Position numbers and translations under genes: made by a program
The notes under the pieces: generated by a model
What the model was told of the DNA's origin: nothing
Seen by the model: only the letters and a program-made list of their open reading frames with translations
The model's database searches: none
Assembly: GCA_963826115.1 (NCBI GenBank)
Contig: CAWGVS010000012.1
Coordinates: 192,001-256,000, forward strand
Source of the DNA: an uncultured Candidatus Rokubacteria bacterium
GTDB lineage: Bacteria > Methylomirabilota > Methylomirabilia > Rokubacteriales > DASRDR01
Length of the DNA stretch: 64,000 bases
Reading direction: 5' to 3'
Part shown: piece by piece, positions 39,047 to 49,114 of the stretch
How the letters are laid out: the number at the start of each line of letters is the position of its first letter
Numbering within the stretch: the stretch's first letter is position 1

Positions 39047-41560
39047 CTAGTCCAGCGCCGTCAGCAGGCGACGCTGCGCCTCGAGGCGCTTCGGCCGCTC
39101 CTTCGCGAATCGCGTGACCCCGGCGAGGATCGACTCGGCGTCGAGGTGCGCCTCGGCGATCACGTCGGCCTCGAGCCCGCCGGTCAGCCACTGGTTGTCC
39201 CAGTCGGCCGTCAGCGAGTAGTCGTCGGTGAGCGCGCCGACGTTCCGGAGCGGCCACATGCGGCGCGTGCCGGACATGACGAACATGAGGTCCTGCTTCG
39301 CCTCGGGCGGCAGGACGGCCCGCTGGTACGCGGCCGGCTGCCGGTCGAACAGGTCCTCGCTGATCGCGGCGATGACCTTCACGTTGACGCCGGCCTGCTC
39401 GAGGCGCGGCAGCACGCTGACCAGGTTGAACGTGGCGCTCGAGCCCTGCGCGACCACGTAGCCGTGTCGCGGCCCGGGCGCGAAGTCGCGAACGACGTAC
39501 AGGCCCTTCGCGGCCGCGCGGAGGTCCGTATCGGCGAACTTGGTGCGGTCCGCGACCTTGAAGTCGGGCCGCGCCACCTCGATGACGATGACGCCGACCT
39601 TCTTCTCCCGCGCCGCGATCTCGGCCGCCGCGAAGTACCCGGGCGCGACGTCGTTGTAGTCCCAGAAGCTCAGGTGGATCGTCTGACCGCGCGGGAACAG
39701 CTTCCACACCTGCGGCGCGAAGATTCCGAAGTGGGTGCGCGCGTCCGCCGCGGTCTCCGGGCCGGAGTGCCCGGCGAGTATGTGGAGCACCCCGGTGCGG
39801 AACTTGCTGTCCTGGTTCTGCTGGCTCCACACGCGCGCGGGCAGGTACATGAGCGGCGTGAACGCGCCGTAGGTGCCGCTGAACGCCCACACGCCCGCGA
39901 ACTTGTCGGGGTCGACCGACGCGCTCTGGCTCACCAGACCGATGGCCGTCGAGGCGTTGCCCGCCTCCTGGATCGCCGCCTTGAGGCGCGTGCCGAGCGG
40001 GTTCGTGTCGGGGTCGTAGTGGCCCCAGATGCTCCCGTGCTCCAGGTTGACCGACTCCGACAGGTCCGCGGCCAGCGTGAGCGCGCGGTTCTCGGTCACG
40101 TAGTTCAGCCACTTCACGATCTCCGAGATGCCGCGGCGGGCCCCCGCGACCTCGCCGTACTTCCGGAACAGCGCGACCTTGAGCTGCTTCTCCGCCCCCG
40201 ACACCGGGTTCTTCACCGTCAGGGTCTGCGGCTCCTCGGGCAGGTTCGCGACGCGCAGCCGCTCGTCGAGGAACGGGTCGCGCCGCACGTCGATCCGCAC
40301 CTTGATGTCGTCGGTCAGCGTGTCGCCGATCTCGACCAGCCGGTCCGCGAGCCACTCGCCCAGTCCGTTCCGCTCGAGCACGGACATCGCCACGTCGATG
40401 TTCGTCTTGAACTGGACCAGCCGCTCGCGCGGGTCGGCGACCGCCCCGTCGCGGATCCCGACGAACTTCACCCCGTAGTGCTGCTCGAAGGTCTCGGCGA
40501 GCGCCACGAAGTAGTCCGAGTTCATCTTGAAGGCGTAGGGGTGGCTCGGGAACCCGACGATCTGGTCCGCGTGCGGGAGCTTCCCGTTCACCGCGCCGGG
40601 CCAGTACCCCTTGATCGTCTTGCCGAAGACGATCATCGGCCGGCGGTCCCGCGGGTCCCACTCCTCCATCTGCCGCAGCACCCGGACGATCTGGTCGTAG
40701 TCGTGCCCGTCCGGGATGGAGAAGACGTTCCAGCCGTAGGACGTCCACTGGTCCATCAGGCGGTAGCCGTCGAACTTCCGGTTGACCACGCCGCCGATCA
40801 GCGCGTCGTCGATGCCGGCGTTGTTGTCGGAGAAGAAGATCCGGAGGCGCTTGCCGACCTGGAGGGCGATGGCCTGCGTCTTCAGCTCCTGGGCGTGGCC
40901 CGCGCACATCGCGAACTCGCCCTCGAAGGCGATCACCTTGGGCGACCCCGGCGGCGCGCCGATGAAGTCCCAGAACGCCGCCTTCCCCGCGGCGGTGGCG
41001 ATCCCGACGCCCGAGGGGCCGCCGTTGACGTCGTTGGTCACGTCCGTCGACTCGATGTGCCCGGAGAGCGAGCGGATGCCGCGCCCCCTGGCCTGGGCGA
41101 AGAGCGCGTGGTCGGCGAGCCCCTGGTCCTGGAGCAGGGTCCGGAGCGCGCCGGCGCCGCGCCGGAAGCCGAGGGCGTCGACCGAAAGCATCGTCGCGTC
41201 GGGCGCCACGTGATAGCGGCGATCGCCCGTCGCCTCGTGCCGCCGGTACAGCGCCTCGCCCATGATCATCCAGAGGGCGTAGCAGGTCGGCGCGCAGTGA
41301 CCCGCCGCCAGCATGAACTTGTCGGCGTACGGGTGCTTCTGCCGGCGGTAGTCGAAGCGGAGGCCGCCCGAGGCCGGGCCTGCCAGGTGGGTGGCGACGT
41401 TGAAGGGCGTGTACGCCGTCGGCCCGCCGAAATGCCCGGTCTGCGCGTAGTTACCGAGCAGCGTCAGCGTCATGCAGGTCATGTAGCCGATGTCCTCGAG
41501 GCGCTCCCGCTCCGAGGGTGCCTTCGATGCCCCGACCGACGCTGGCGAGACTCGACTCAT
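39047..41560 (-). CDS. Divergent transketolase-like ThDP enzyme
   Basis: GHFGG, AAGHCAP, LSGHIE, GPSGVG, SDNN, DGHD, TIKG, AADL, AIQE and ADARTH in transketolase order. Confidence 0.85.
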   Translation of the reverse strand: MSRVSPASVGASKAPSERERLEDIGYMTCMTLTLLGNYAQTGHFGGPTAYTPFNVATHLAGPASGGLRFDYRRQKHPYADKFMLAAGHCAPTCYALWMIMGEALYRRHEATGDRRYHVAPDATMLSVDALGFRRGAGALRTLLQDQGLADHALFAQARGRGIRSLSGHIESTDVTNDVNGGPSGVGIATAAGKAAFWDFIGAPPGSPKVIAFEGEFAMCAGHAQELKTQAIALQVGKRLRIFFSDNNAGIDDALIGGVVNRKFDGYRLMDQWTSYGWNVFSIPDGHDYDQIVRVLRQMEEWDPRDRRPMIVFGKTIKGYWPGAVNGKLPHADQIVGFPSHPYAFKMNSDYFVALAETFEQHYGVKFVGIRDGAVADPRERLVQFKTNIDVAMSVLERNGLGEWLADRLVEIGDTLTDDIKVRIDVRRDPFLDERLRVANLPEEPQTLTVKNPVSGAEKQLKVALFRKYGEVAGARRGISEIVKWLNYVTENRALTLAADLSESVNLEHGSIWGHYDPDTNPLGTRLKAAIQEAGNASTAIGLVSQSASVDPDKFAGVWAFSGTYGAFTPLMYLPARVWSQQNQDSKFRTGVLHILAGHSGPETAADARTHFGIFAPQVWKLFPRGQTIHLSFWDYNDVAPGYFAAAEIAAREKKVGVIVIEVARPDFKVADRTKFADTDLRAAAKGLYVVRDFAPGPRHGYVVAQGSSATFNLVSVLPRLEQAGVNVKVIAAISEDLFDRQPAAYQRAVLPPEAKQDLMFVMSGTRRMWPLRNVGALTDDYSLTADWDNQWLTGGLEADVIAEAHLDAESILAGVTRFAKERPKRLEAQRRLLTALD

Positions 41561-41806
41561 GTCCGTGTCCTACCCTTCCTGTGTGAACGACGTTCAGCCC
41601 GAGGATCCATGGGGCGCCCGCGGCACTCCCCGGGCGCGCGCGGCGATGTCCGAGACTGTTCGAGGATTTTACCCGAAGTCGGGCAGGCCTGCCGACCCGG
41701 CCCGGGGGCCGATCCGGCCACGCGGGGCCCGGTCCCCGCCGCCGCCCGCCACCGGGCCCGGGCCCTCTGCTACACTGGCGGGACCCCACCCAAGGAGGGC
41801 TCGAGC

Positions 41807-42769
41807 ATGGCAGGCGGAGCGCCGAAATACGCGTGGATGAACGGCAAGGTCGTCCCCTGGGACCAGTGCGTGGTGCACGGCCGGAGCGCCGGCGGCTTCA
41901 TGGGCAGCAACGTGTTCGAGGGGGTCCGGGCCTACTGGAACGCCCGGCAGGGCGAGCTGTTCGTGTTCAAGCACGAGGAGCACCTCCAGCGGCTCGCGCG
42001 CTCGATGAAGACCGTCCGGCTCGAGGTGCCGTATACGCTCCGCGACATCGAGCAGGGGGCGATGGACCTCCTCCGGGCCAACGAGTTCCGCGAGGACGCC
42101 CATTTCGTGCCGGTGGCGTTCTTCGGGATGGGAGCGCAGAACTTCAACACGCTCGGGCCGACGATCGACAACGGCGTCTACATCACGGCGGTGCCCTGGC
42201 CCCAGCCGGCTGCGCTGTCGAACGGCGTGGCGGCCTGCGTCGCCTCGTGGCGGCGCATCAGCGACGACAGCGTGCCTCCGCGGCTCAAGGCGGGCGCCAA
42301 CTACCAGAACAGCCGCCTCGCCCAGACCGAGGCCAAGGTGAACGGCTACGACACCGCGATCATCCTGAACCACCGCGGCACGGTGGCGGAGGGGCCCGGC
42401 GCCTGCCTGATGATGGTGCGGGACGGGAAGCTGGTCACGCCGCCCGTCACCGCGGGCATCCTCGAGAGCATCACCCGGTCCACGCTGATGGACCTCGCGG
42501 TCCGGGAGCTCGGCATCGACGTGGTCGAGCGGGAGATCGACCGGACGGAGCTCTACGCGGCGGACGAGGTGTTCATGTGCGGGAGCGGCCTCGAGGTGCT
42601 GCCCATCACCTCCGTGGACCGTCTCGCGGTCGGGGAGGGCGCGCGCGGGCCCGTCACCCGGCGCATCCAGGACGTCTACTTCGCCGCAGCCCGCGGCGAG
42701 ATGCCGGCCTACCGGCAGTGGCTGACGCCCGTGTATCGCGCGACGCGCCAGCCGGTGCTGGCCGGCTAG
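41807..42769 (+). CDS. ilvE: Branched-chain amino acid aminotransferase (class IV PLP)
   Basis: VFEGVRAY, HLQRL, LKAGANY, EGPG, ILESITR and ADEVFMCGS. Confidence 0.9.
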   Translation: MAGGAPKYAWMNGKVVPWDQCVVHGRSAGGFMGSNVFEGVRAYWNARQGELFVFKHEEHLQRLARSMKTVRLEVPYTLRDIEQGAMDLLRANEFREDAHFVPVAFFGMGAQNFNTLGPTIDNGVYITAVPWPQPAALSNGVAACVASWRRISDDSVPPRLKAGANYQNSRLAQTEAKVNGYDTAIILNHRGTVAEGPGACLMMVRDGKLVTPPVTAGILESITRSTLMDLAVRELGIDVVEREIDRTELYAADEVFMCGSGLEVLPITSVDRLAVGEGARGPVTRRIQDVYFAAARGEMPAYRQWLTPVYRATRQPVLAG

Positions 42770-42830
42770 CGTCCCGATCCGCCGCGACGGGATCGGGCGC
42801 GGCGGTGGCCGCGCCCAGCCCGACCAAGCG

Positions 42831-44069
42831 TCAGGACGGGGCGGCGGCGCGGAAGCTGAACGCGGGGTCGAGGGGCGGCAGCGGGGCGCCGAAGAACAGG
42901 CGCCGCTGGAGCCGGGGAAACAGCCCTGAGCGCACCGCCAGCGGCAGCACCTGCCGGACGACCCACCGTGTCATCGGGCTCCGGCTCCCCGACCCGAGGA
43001 GCGTCTGGCCGGCCCGTCGCTGGAGCGCGTGGAGCGTCCGCACGTCCGGCTCGCGGATCGCCTGGACGCGGGCGAGGGCGTCCTGCGGGATCGGCCCGTG
43101 CCCCAGCCGCGGGTAGATCTCCTGGGCGGCGATCGCGGCCGTCGACAGCGCGACGTTCACGCCGATCGCGCCGGCCGGGCTCATCGTGTGGGCGGCGTCG
43201 CCGATCAGGAGCGCGCCGTGGCGCGCCCATTCGCGTACCAGCAGGATCACGGCCGGCAGCGGGAAGAACGGGGTGAAGTCGCGGAGGCCGGCCGCGAAGT
43301 CCGCGAACAGGGGATCCAGCCGCCGGATCCGCTCGGCGACGGCCGGGACGCCCTCCTGGCGCCAGCTCCGCCAGACCTCCTTCTCGAGGAGGAGCCCCAC
43401 CTGGATCTGGTTCGGGTACTTCGGCAGCATCAGGAGCGGGACCTTGCCGATGGAGAAGTAGATCGTCCGCGGCCAGTCCGCGGGCGGGTCGACGACGAAC
43501 CAGATCACGTCGAAGTCGTCGTGCTCGTACTCGGTGACGAACCCGCCCAGGCGCCGGATCGTGGAGTGACGGCCGTCGGCGCCGACAACCACGTCGGCCC
43601 GCACCTCGAACGCCTCCGCCCCGTGCCGGCGGCCCCGGACCCCCACCACGGCGCCGCTCTCCACGACCAGCTCCGTCACCCGCGCGCCCATCCAGCACTG
43701 GAACCCGGGGTAGAGCGCGCCCTTCCGCTGGAGGGCGTCGAGGAAGACCGGCTGGGGCATCCAGATCGCGTAGGGATACTCCGGGACGACCCGCCGGAAG
43801 TCGAAGCCCCCGGCGGGCTTCCCGTCGACGAGAAGCCGGCCGACGGTCAGGGTGATGTGCGGCTGCGCCTGGACGTACTCGAGGAGTCCGATCTCGTCGA
43901 GGAGCCGCGCCGTGCTCGGCTGCAGGACCTCGCCCCGGAACTCGCGGTCGAAGTTCTCATGCCCCTCGAGCACGACCACCCGGGCCCCGCGCTTCGCCAG
44001 GAGCAAGCCGAGCAGGAGCCCGGCCGGGCCGCCGCCCACCACGCAGACGTCGACACGCGACTCCGCCAT
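42831..44069 (-). CDS. FAD-dependent oxidoreductase/monooxygenase (UbiH-like family)
   Basis: VVGGGPAG, DFDREFRGE-like motif, VGADGRHS and IGDAAHTMSPAGAIGVN. Confidence 0.9.
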   Translation of the reverse strand: MAESRVDVCVVGGGPAGLLLGLLLAKRGARVVVLEGHENFDREFRGEVLQPSTARLLDEIGLLEYVQAQPHITLTVGRLLVDGKPAGGFDFRRVVPEYPYAIWMPQPVFLDALQRKGALYPGFQCWMGARVTELVVESGAVVGVRGRRHGAEAFEVRADVVVGADGRHSTIRRLGGFVTEYEHDDFDVIWFVVDPPADWPRTIYFSIGKVPLLMLPKYPNQIQVGLLLEKEVWRSWRQEGVPAVAERIRRLDPLFADFAAGLRDFTPFFPLPAVILLVREWARHGALLIGDAAHTMSPAGAIGVNVALSTAAIAAQEIYPRLGHGPIPQDALARVQAIREPDVRTLHALQRRAGQTLLGSGSRSPMTRWVVRQVLPLAVRSGLFPRLQRRLFFGAPLPPLDPAFSFRAAAPS

Positions 44070-44124
44070 GCCGATTCCCTGCGTCGATCATAGGGCGCGG
44101 GCCCGCCCGGCGGAAGGGCCGCGC

Positions 44125-44616
44125 CTACAGGAGGCGACGGACTCCGGTCAGCGCGGCGAAGGGGGCGAACACGCGCAGGTTGTTGCTCCCGGGATCGAGC
44201 GGCACGAAGAAGAGGCCCGCGCGATGCCGGTCCAGCTGTCGCGTGTGCCCGACGAGCTCCTCCCCGTCCCGGAAACGCACGCTCACCTTGCGAGTGTCCG
44301 GCGGGCGGGGCTGGTAGAGGTCCTTGGACTCGTCGCGGCTCGGGTCGCCGTCGAAGCTCCGCACGAAGAACACGGCCTTGAGGTCCGTCATGGCGACCTC
44401 GACCCCGTCGCTGTCCGGATCCGACAGCGGGGCGACCCGGAACGTCGGCTGCTCCGGGTCGAGGTCGGCGTAGCCCTTCAGGACTCGCCCGTCCGCATAC
44501 CGGACGACGACCCGCCCGGGACTCCGGCTGACCCAGAGCCGGCGGCGCCGCGGCGGCGCGGGCTCGTCGAGGGCGGCGGGCCCGCGCCGGCCGACACGGT
44601 CCCCCTCTGCGGCCAT
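44125..44616 (-). CDS. Conserved hypothetical protein (DUF6982-like duplicated small beta domain)
   Basis: RVVVRYADGRVLKGY...LKAVFFVRSFDG and KVSVRFRDGEELVG...SNNLRVF. Confidence 0.75.
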   Translation of the reverse strand: MAAEGDRVGRRGPAALDEPAPPRRRRLWVSRSPGRVVVRYADGRVLKGYADLDPEQPTFRVAPLSDPDSDGVEVAMTDLKAVFFVRSFDGDPSRDESKDLYQPRPPDTRKVSVRFRDGEELVGHTRQLDRHRAGLFFVPLDPGSNNLRVFAPFAALTGVRRLL

Positions 44617-44714
44617 GTCAATTCCACCGTAGCAGGCCCTTCGGGCGCGGCCCGCAGAATTGTGCCGGCCCCAGCCAGACCGGACCGCGTCGAGGACGCG
44701 CCGGGCGCGGCGCG

Positions 44715-45734
44715 CTACTCGGCGTCGGCCGCGCGATCCGGCCGACAGACCCCCTCGATTCCGGACCCTCGATGCGGCCGGACGTCGGCGCCCCGGAGCG
44801 CGTCGCCGACGCGCACGGCTTCCCGCCGGAGCCGGAGCCCCACGACTCGCACCAGCATTCCGATGCCCTCCTGATGCCCCACCCGCCGCGCGGATCCGAT
44901 GGCGCGACGGAGCCCGGAGCCCAGCCCCGCACCCCGGTCTCTCTGCCCCTCCGCCGGGACTCGCCCCGGAGGGCGCCGAGGGCCCGGCGCCGTCAACGCG
45001 CGACGACACACGGGTCCGGCTTCCTCGCACAGGGCGTGATAGACCTCGGCCACCTCGGTGGGCCACGCCCCGGCGCCGGGGCCCGCGTGCCAGCCGTCGC
45101 CAGGCGAGACGATCGCGCAGGCCCGGGCGATCGTCTCCGGGGATAGCGAGAGCCCCAGGGCGCCCGTCACGCGCTCGAGCTCCGCCGGCGCGTCGTGGAG
45201 GTACGCGGCGTAGTGCGTCACCACGCGACGCTCGACCGGCGTGGCCGCCAGCACCTGGCGGTTGTACGCCAGCCAGAGCGCCCAGCCGTCGACGCCCGGA
45301 CGGCGGCCGCGACGACCGAGCGAGGCGACGATCTCGGACGGGTCGCGGACACACACCACGACGCGAAGGTCCGGGATCATCGCGAGCCAGAACGGCAGGG
45401 TCAACGAGTTTCGCGGATCCTTCCAAAACCAGGGCTCCCGGCCGCGATAGCCCGCGAGCAGCCTCTCGGCGCGCTGGCGGAGGCGGGACAGCCGCGGGCT
45501 CGACGCCCAGCCGGGGGGCAGGACTGGTGGCCGATCCCAGAACCCGCCGAACCGGGCCAGGATGTCGTCGTTGAGGCGCAGGAACTGGAGGTTTTCCCCG
45601 AACCCGTCGGCATTGTCCGGAGCCGGCGCCACCAGCTGGGTCGGCGGGCCGCAATAGAGACCGCTCGCCGCGAGGAGCCGGGCGACCAGCGAGGTACCGG
45701 AGCGATGCATGCCCGCGACACACGCCGCCGGCAT
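44715..45734 (-). CDS. Sulfotransferase family protein
   Basis: VAGMHRSGTS (PAPS P-loop), WFWKDPR and VRDPSEIVASL. Confidence 0.85.
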   Translation of the reverse strand: MPAACVAGMHRSGTSLVARLLAASGLYCGPPTQLVAPAPDNADGFGENLQFLRLNDDILARFGGFWDRPPVLPPGWASSPRLSRLRQRAERLLAGYRGREPWFWKDPRNSLTLPFWLAMIPDLRVVVCVRDPSEIVASLGRRGRRPGVDGWALWLAYNRQVLAATPVERRVVTHYAAYLHDAPAELERVTGALGLSLSPETIARACAIVSPGDGWHAGPGAGAWPTEVAEVYHALCEEAGPVCRRALTAPGPRRPPGRVPAEGQRDRGAGLGSGLRRAIGSARRVGHQEGIGMLVRVVGLRLRREAVRVGDALRGADVRPHRGSGIEGVCRPDRAADAE

Positions 45735-45744
45735 CAGGCGCCTC

Positions 45745-46641
45745 TCAGCCCCGGCACCAGTGCGTCAGGTCGCGGCCCAGCATCGCGCCGAGCCGCGTCA
45801 CCTCGGGGAGGACGTCGGCCTGGAGTCGCCGTCGCAGCTCCGGGGCCATCGGCGCCCGCGGCGCCGCGCGGCTGTTCAGGCGCCGGAGCCGCGCCAGGAG
45901 ACCGGCGCGCGCGGGCCGGTCCAGCACGGCGCGGCCAAGCCACCGGAGTGCGCGAGGCGGCTCGTGGATGGCGCGGGCCAGTCGCGCGCTTCGCGACCGC
46001 CGGTGGGCGTTCTCTGCGCCGACCGCGCCCGCAACGTCGGACCGAACGCCCAGGAACTCGAGCGTGGCCCGGCCGACCGCCGCGGCGTCCGCCCGGAGGT
46101 CGTCGTAGACGATCACGTGGACGCGGGCGCGGCCGAACGCCTCGAGGTAGCGGGCCAGCTGGTCCGGGTAGCGAACGACCGAGCGATACAGGCCGGCGTC
46201 CCGCATGCCGCGGCGGGGCAGGCCCTGGCCGGCGCGGCGCGCGGGCTCCGCGTCCAGCGCCGCCGCGAAGTCGGCGACGTCCTCGCTGCCCTGGAGCCGC
46301 CGCTCGGCATGGAGGGCCTGCATGACGTCGACCGGATTCCGCAGCATGACGATGATGCGCGCGTCGGGGCTGAACCCCCGGATCTCCGTCGCCGCTCGCG
46401 TCGAGTAGAGATACCAGACCGACCCTTCCCCCGCGAGACGGTGGTCACGCGCCCCGGCGAAGCACGCGAGGTACTCAGGCTCGCCGAGGGGCGCCCGGTC
46501 CGCGAAGCAGAGGTCCGTCCCGAAGAAGTGCGGCTCCTTGAGCGGCGACATGAAGATATCGGGATGCCGCCCGAGATAGGCGTACAGCGCGGTCGTCCCG
46601 CACTTGGGCGCTCCCACGATGAAGAGGTCGGGCCGTCTCAT
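45745..46641 (-). CDS. Sulfotransferase family protein
   Basis: PDLFIVGAPKCGTT, KEPHFF, GEGSVWYL and MLRNPVD; ATGA-coupled to the upstream GT. Confidence 0.9.
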   Translation of the reverse strand: MRRPDLFIVGAPKCGTTALYAYLGRHPDIFMSPLKEPHFFGTDLCFADRAPLGEPEYLACFAGARDHRLAGEGSVWYLYSTRAATEIRGFSPDARIIVMLRNPVDVMQALHAERRLQGSEDVADFAAALDAEPARRAGQGLPRRGMRDAGLYRSVVRYPDQLARYLEAFGRARVHVIVYDDLRADAAAVGRATLEFLGVRSDVAGAVGAENAHRRSRSARLARAIHEPPRALRWLGRAVLDRPARAGLLARLRRLNSRAAPRAPMAPELRRRLQADVLPEVTRLGAMLGRDLTHWCRG

Positions 46642-47774
46642 CCGGCGCCCTCGGCGACGCTCGAGCGCGGCGGCCGGCCCACTGTTGGGGCGCGCCGGGG
46701 CGCGCTGGCCGCGGCCGGCGCGGGACGGCCGATCACCGCCCGGAAGAGCGCGACGTACCGCTCGGCCGTCATCCGCCACGTGAACTGCCGCGCGCGCAGA
46801 AGCCCCCGCTCGCGCAGCGAGCCATGGAGCGTCGCGTCCCGCATCCGCTCCATGGCGCCGGCGATCGCCGACGCCGAGCGCGGGTCGACCAGCAGCGCCG
46901 CGTCTCCCGCGATCTCCGGACACGCGCTGACGTCGGATGTGATCACGGGGCATCCGCACGCCATCGCTTCCAGGATGGGGTGCCCGAAAGTCTCGTGCAA
47001 CGAGGGAAACACGAGGGCCCGCGCCCCGCGGTACCAGCGCGCCAGGTCGGCATGGGCCAGCGTCTCGGGAATCAGGCGCACCCCCTCGATCCCGGCCGGC
47101 CCTCCGGGCCAGCCGGGGACGACCGCGACCAGGTCGGGCCGAGTGGCCCGCGGGAGGCTCGCGTAGGCGGCGAGCAGGGCCGTGAGGTTCTTCCGCGGCG
47201 AGTACTGCGCCACCGTGAGGAAGTACGGTCGCGCGCCCGTCGTCGGCGGGCCCTCGCCGTCGGGCCGGAACGTGGCCAGCGAGACGCCCGGATAGATGCG
47301 GTGAAGCCTCGCCGCCGGCACGCCGAAGACCTGCCCGACCTCGCGCATCCCGAAGTCCGACACGCCCACGACGACGCCGTTGACGCGGGTGTTGAGCCAG
47401 CGCCAGTCCCTCCGCGCGCGGCGCTTCCGGAGCTGCCCCCCCAGCGCCCGCGCGCGAGTCCGCCAGACGTCGCGCCACGCCAGGACGAACGCCGCGGCGC
47501 CGTGGGCCGTCACGACGATCGGGGCGCTGGCCGGCAGGTCCCGCAGGCGGCGCGGCCCGCGCGTCCCGGCAATCCCCGGATCCCAGAGCAGATCCGCGCC
47601 GGGAGGCGGGCATGCGCCTTCCGGGACGGCCGTCGGGGTGCAGCCGAGCGGGGCGAGCTCTCCGACGATCGCTTCTCGCGCGTGGGCGAGACTCAGCGCG
47701 TCGCGCGGCCGCGTGACCACGGCCACCGCCAGCGGACGGTCGGCAGCGGGGAGACCGGCGGCCGCGCCTCTCAT
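46638..47774 (-). CDS. GT4 glycosyltransferase
   Basis: PRKN and LVFPSLHETFGHPILEAMACGCPVI. Confidence 0.9.
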   Translation of the reverse strand: MRGAAAGLPAADRPLAVAVVTRPRDALSLAHAREAIVGELAPLGCTPTAVPEGACPPPGADLLWDPGIAGTRGPRRLRDLPASAPIVVTAHGAAAFVLAWRDVWRTRARALGGQLRKRRARRDWRWLNTRVNGVVVGVSDFGMREVGQVFGVPAARLHRIYPGVSLATFRPDGEGPPTTGARPYFLTVAQYSPRKNLTALLAAYASLPRATRPDLVAVVPGWPGGPAGIEGVRLIPETLAHADLARWYRGARALVFPSLHETFGHPILEAMACGCPVITSDVSACPEIAGDAALLVDPRSASAIAGAMERMRDATLHGSLRERGLLRARQFTWRMTAERYVALFRAVIGRPAPAAASAPRRAPTVGRPPRSSVAEGAG

Positions 47775-49114
47775 CGCGTGCGGGGTTGCGCCGAGGCGGG
47801 CGCGGACTCCGCCGAGGTGCCCGCGGACGCCCCGTCGAGCGCGAACCGATACGCCGCCAGGAGCGCGGCCGACGTGCGCTCCGGCGAGAAGTCGCGCGCC
47901 ATCTTCGCCCGACCGTACGCGCCCATCTCTCGCGCCCGATCCGGCGAGTCGAGAATGGCCCGGATCCGGCCACACAGCTCCTCTCGCTCCTGGCTCTCGA
48001 GGAGAAAGCCGTTCCGGCCGTCCTCGATCACGTCGGGCACGCCGCCCACGTTCGTGCCGATGACGGGAACGCCGTGCGCGGAGGCCTCCATGAGCATCCG
48101 CCCCAGGGCCTCGTAGAACACGCCCGCCATGATGACGACGTCGGCCGCCGCGTAGTACGGGCCGAGCGCCTCGTTCGTGATTGCCCCCAGGAACCGCGCG
48201 CGCGCCCCGAGCCCGAGCGCGGTCGCCTCCGCCCGCAGCGCGGCCTCGTGGCGTCCCCGTCCGATCACGAGCAGCGTCGTGCCCGGGAGCGCCGGCATCG
48301 CGCGGATGACGTTCTGGACGCCCTTCTCCTCGACGAGCCGCCCGGCGTACATGAGCACACCAGCGTCGCGGGGGATCGCGAGCGCCGCCCGCGCGCTCTC
48401 CGGGACCTCCGCCGGAACGCGAACCGCGTTGGGGACGACCCGGACGCGATCGGGCGGAAAGCCGAACCGCACGAGGTCCCGAGCCAGCCCCCGGCTGATC
48501 GGGAGGAACGCCGACGCGCCCCGGACGCTCCGCGCGAGCTGCGCCATGTGCGGATAGCTGTAGAGCCAGAACAGGACCGCCCGCGCGTGGCCGCCGAGAC
48601 CGCGCCCGCCGCGCCAGTCGAGGATGGCCCGGAGGCGCCGGAGGCCGCGGCAGCCGAGGCAGTCCCGCCCCGCGCGATCCCGCCCGATGCTGGTCGGGCA
48701 GAGTAGATGCGGCTCGTTGACCGTCACCACATACGGGAGCCGCCGGCGCCGGGCGGCCCGCGCGACCCCCGGCACGGCGCGGCTGCCGAAGGCGTGCAAG
48801 AGGCCGGGCCGGAACTCCTCGAGGACCGATCCGAGCCCCCGTCCGATCTCGTGGTGGAGCCACTGGCGCTCCGCGAACGGTCCAGCCCCCGGGAGACTCC
48901 GCATCGGGAGCCGCGTCAACCGGACGCCGTCGAGGAGCTCGTCGCTCCGCGGCCGGCCGCGCACGAAGCTGACGACCCGCACGTCGGCGCCAGCCTCCAC
49001 CAGCGCCCGGGCCTGCTCGCGCACGCTGATCGGCCCGCCGCCGATCGGGTCGGACGACGACACCTCGGGATGACACCGGAAGGAGACCAGGAGGACCGGC
49101 GGGAGCGGCGTCAT
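47771..49114 (-). CDS. GT4 glycosyltransferase
   Basis: YAGRLVEEKG and YEALGRMLMEASAHGVPVIGTNVGG; Cys insert LLCP...CLGC. Confidence 0.9.
   Translation of the reverse strand: MTPLPPVLLVSFRCHPEVSSSDPIGGGPISVREQARALVEAGADVRVVSFVRGRPRSDELLDGVRLTRLPMRSLPGAGPFAERQWLHHEIGRGLGSVLEEFRPGLLHAFGSRAVPGVARAARRRRLPYVVTVNEPHLLCPTSIGRDRAGRDCLGCRGLRRLRAILDWRGGRGLGGHARAVLFWLYSYPHMAQLARSVRGASAFLPISRGLARDLVRFGFPPDRVRVVPNAVRVPAEVPESARAALAIPRDAGVLMYAGRLVEEKGVQNVIRAMPALPGTTLLVIGRGRHEAALRAEATALGLGARARFLGAITNEALGPYYAAADVVIMAGVFYEALGRMLMEASAHGVPVIGTNVGGVPDVIEDGRNGFLLESQEREELCGRIRAILDSPDRAREMGAYGRAKMARDFSPERTSAALLAAYRFALDGASAGTSAESAPASAQPRTR

Noticed and set aside
38990-41806. Long N-terminal extension of the ilvE ORF (1259 aa)
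   Set aside because: Antisense shadow of the transketolase-like gene; the true start is at 41807 with an AAGGAGG RBS.
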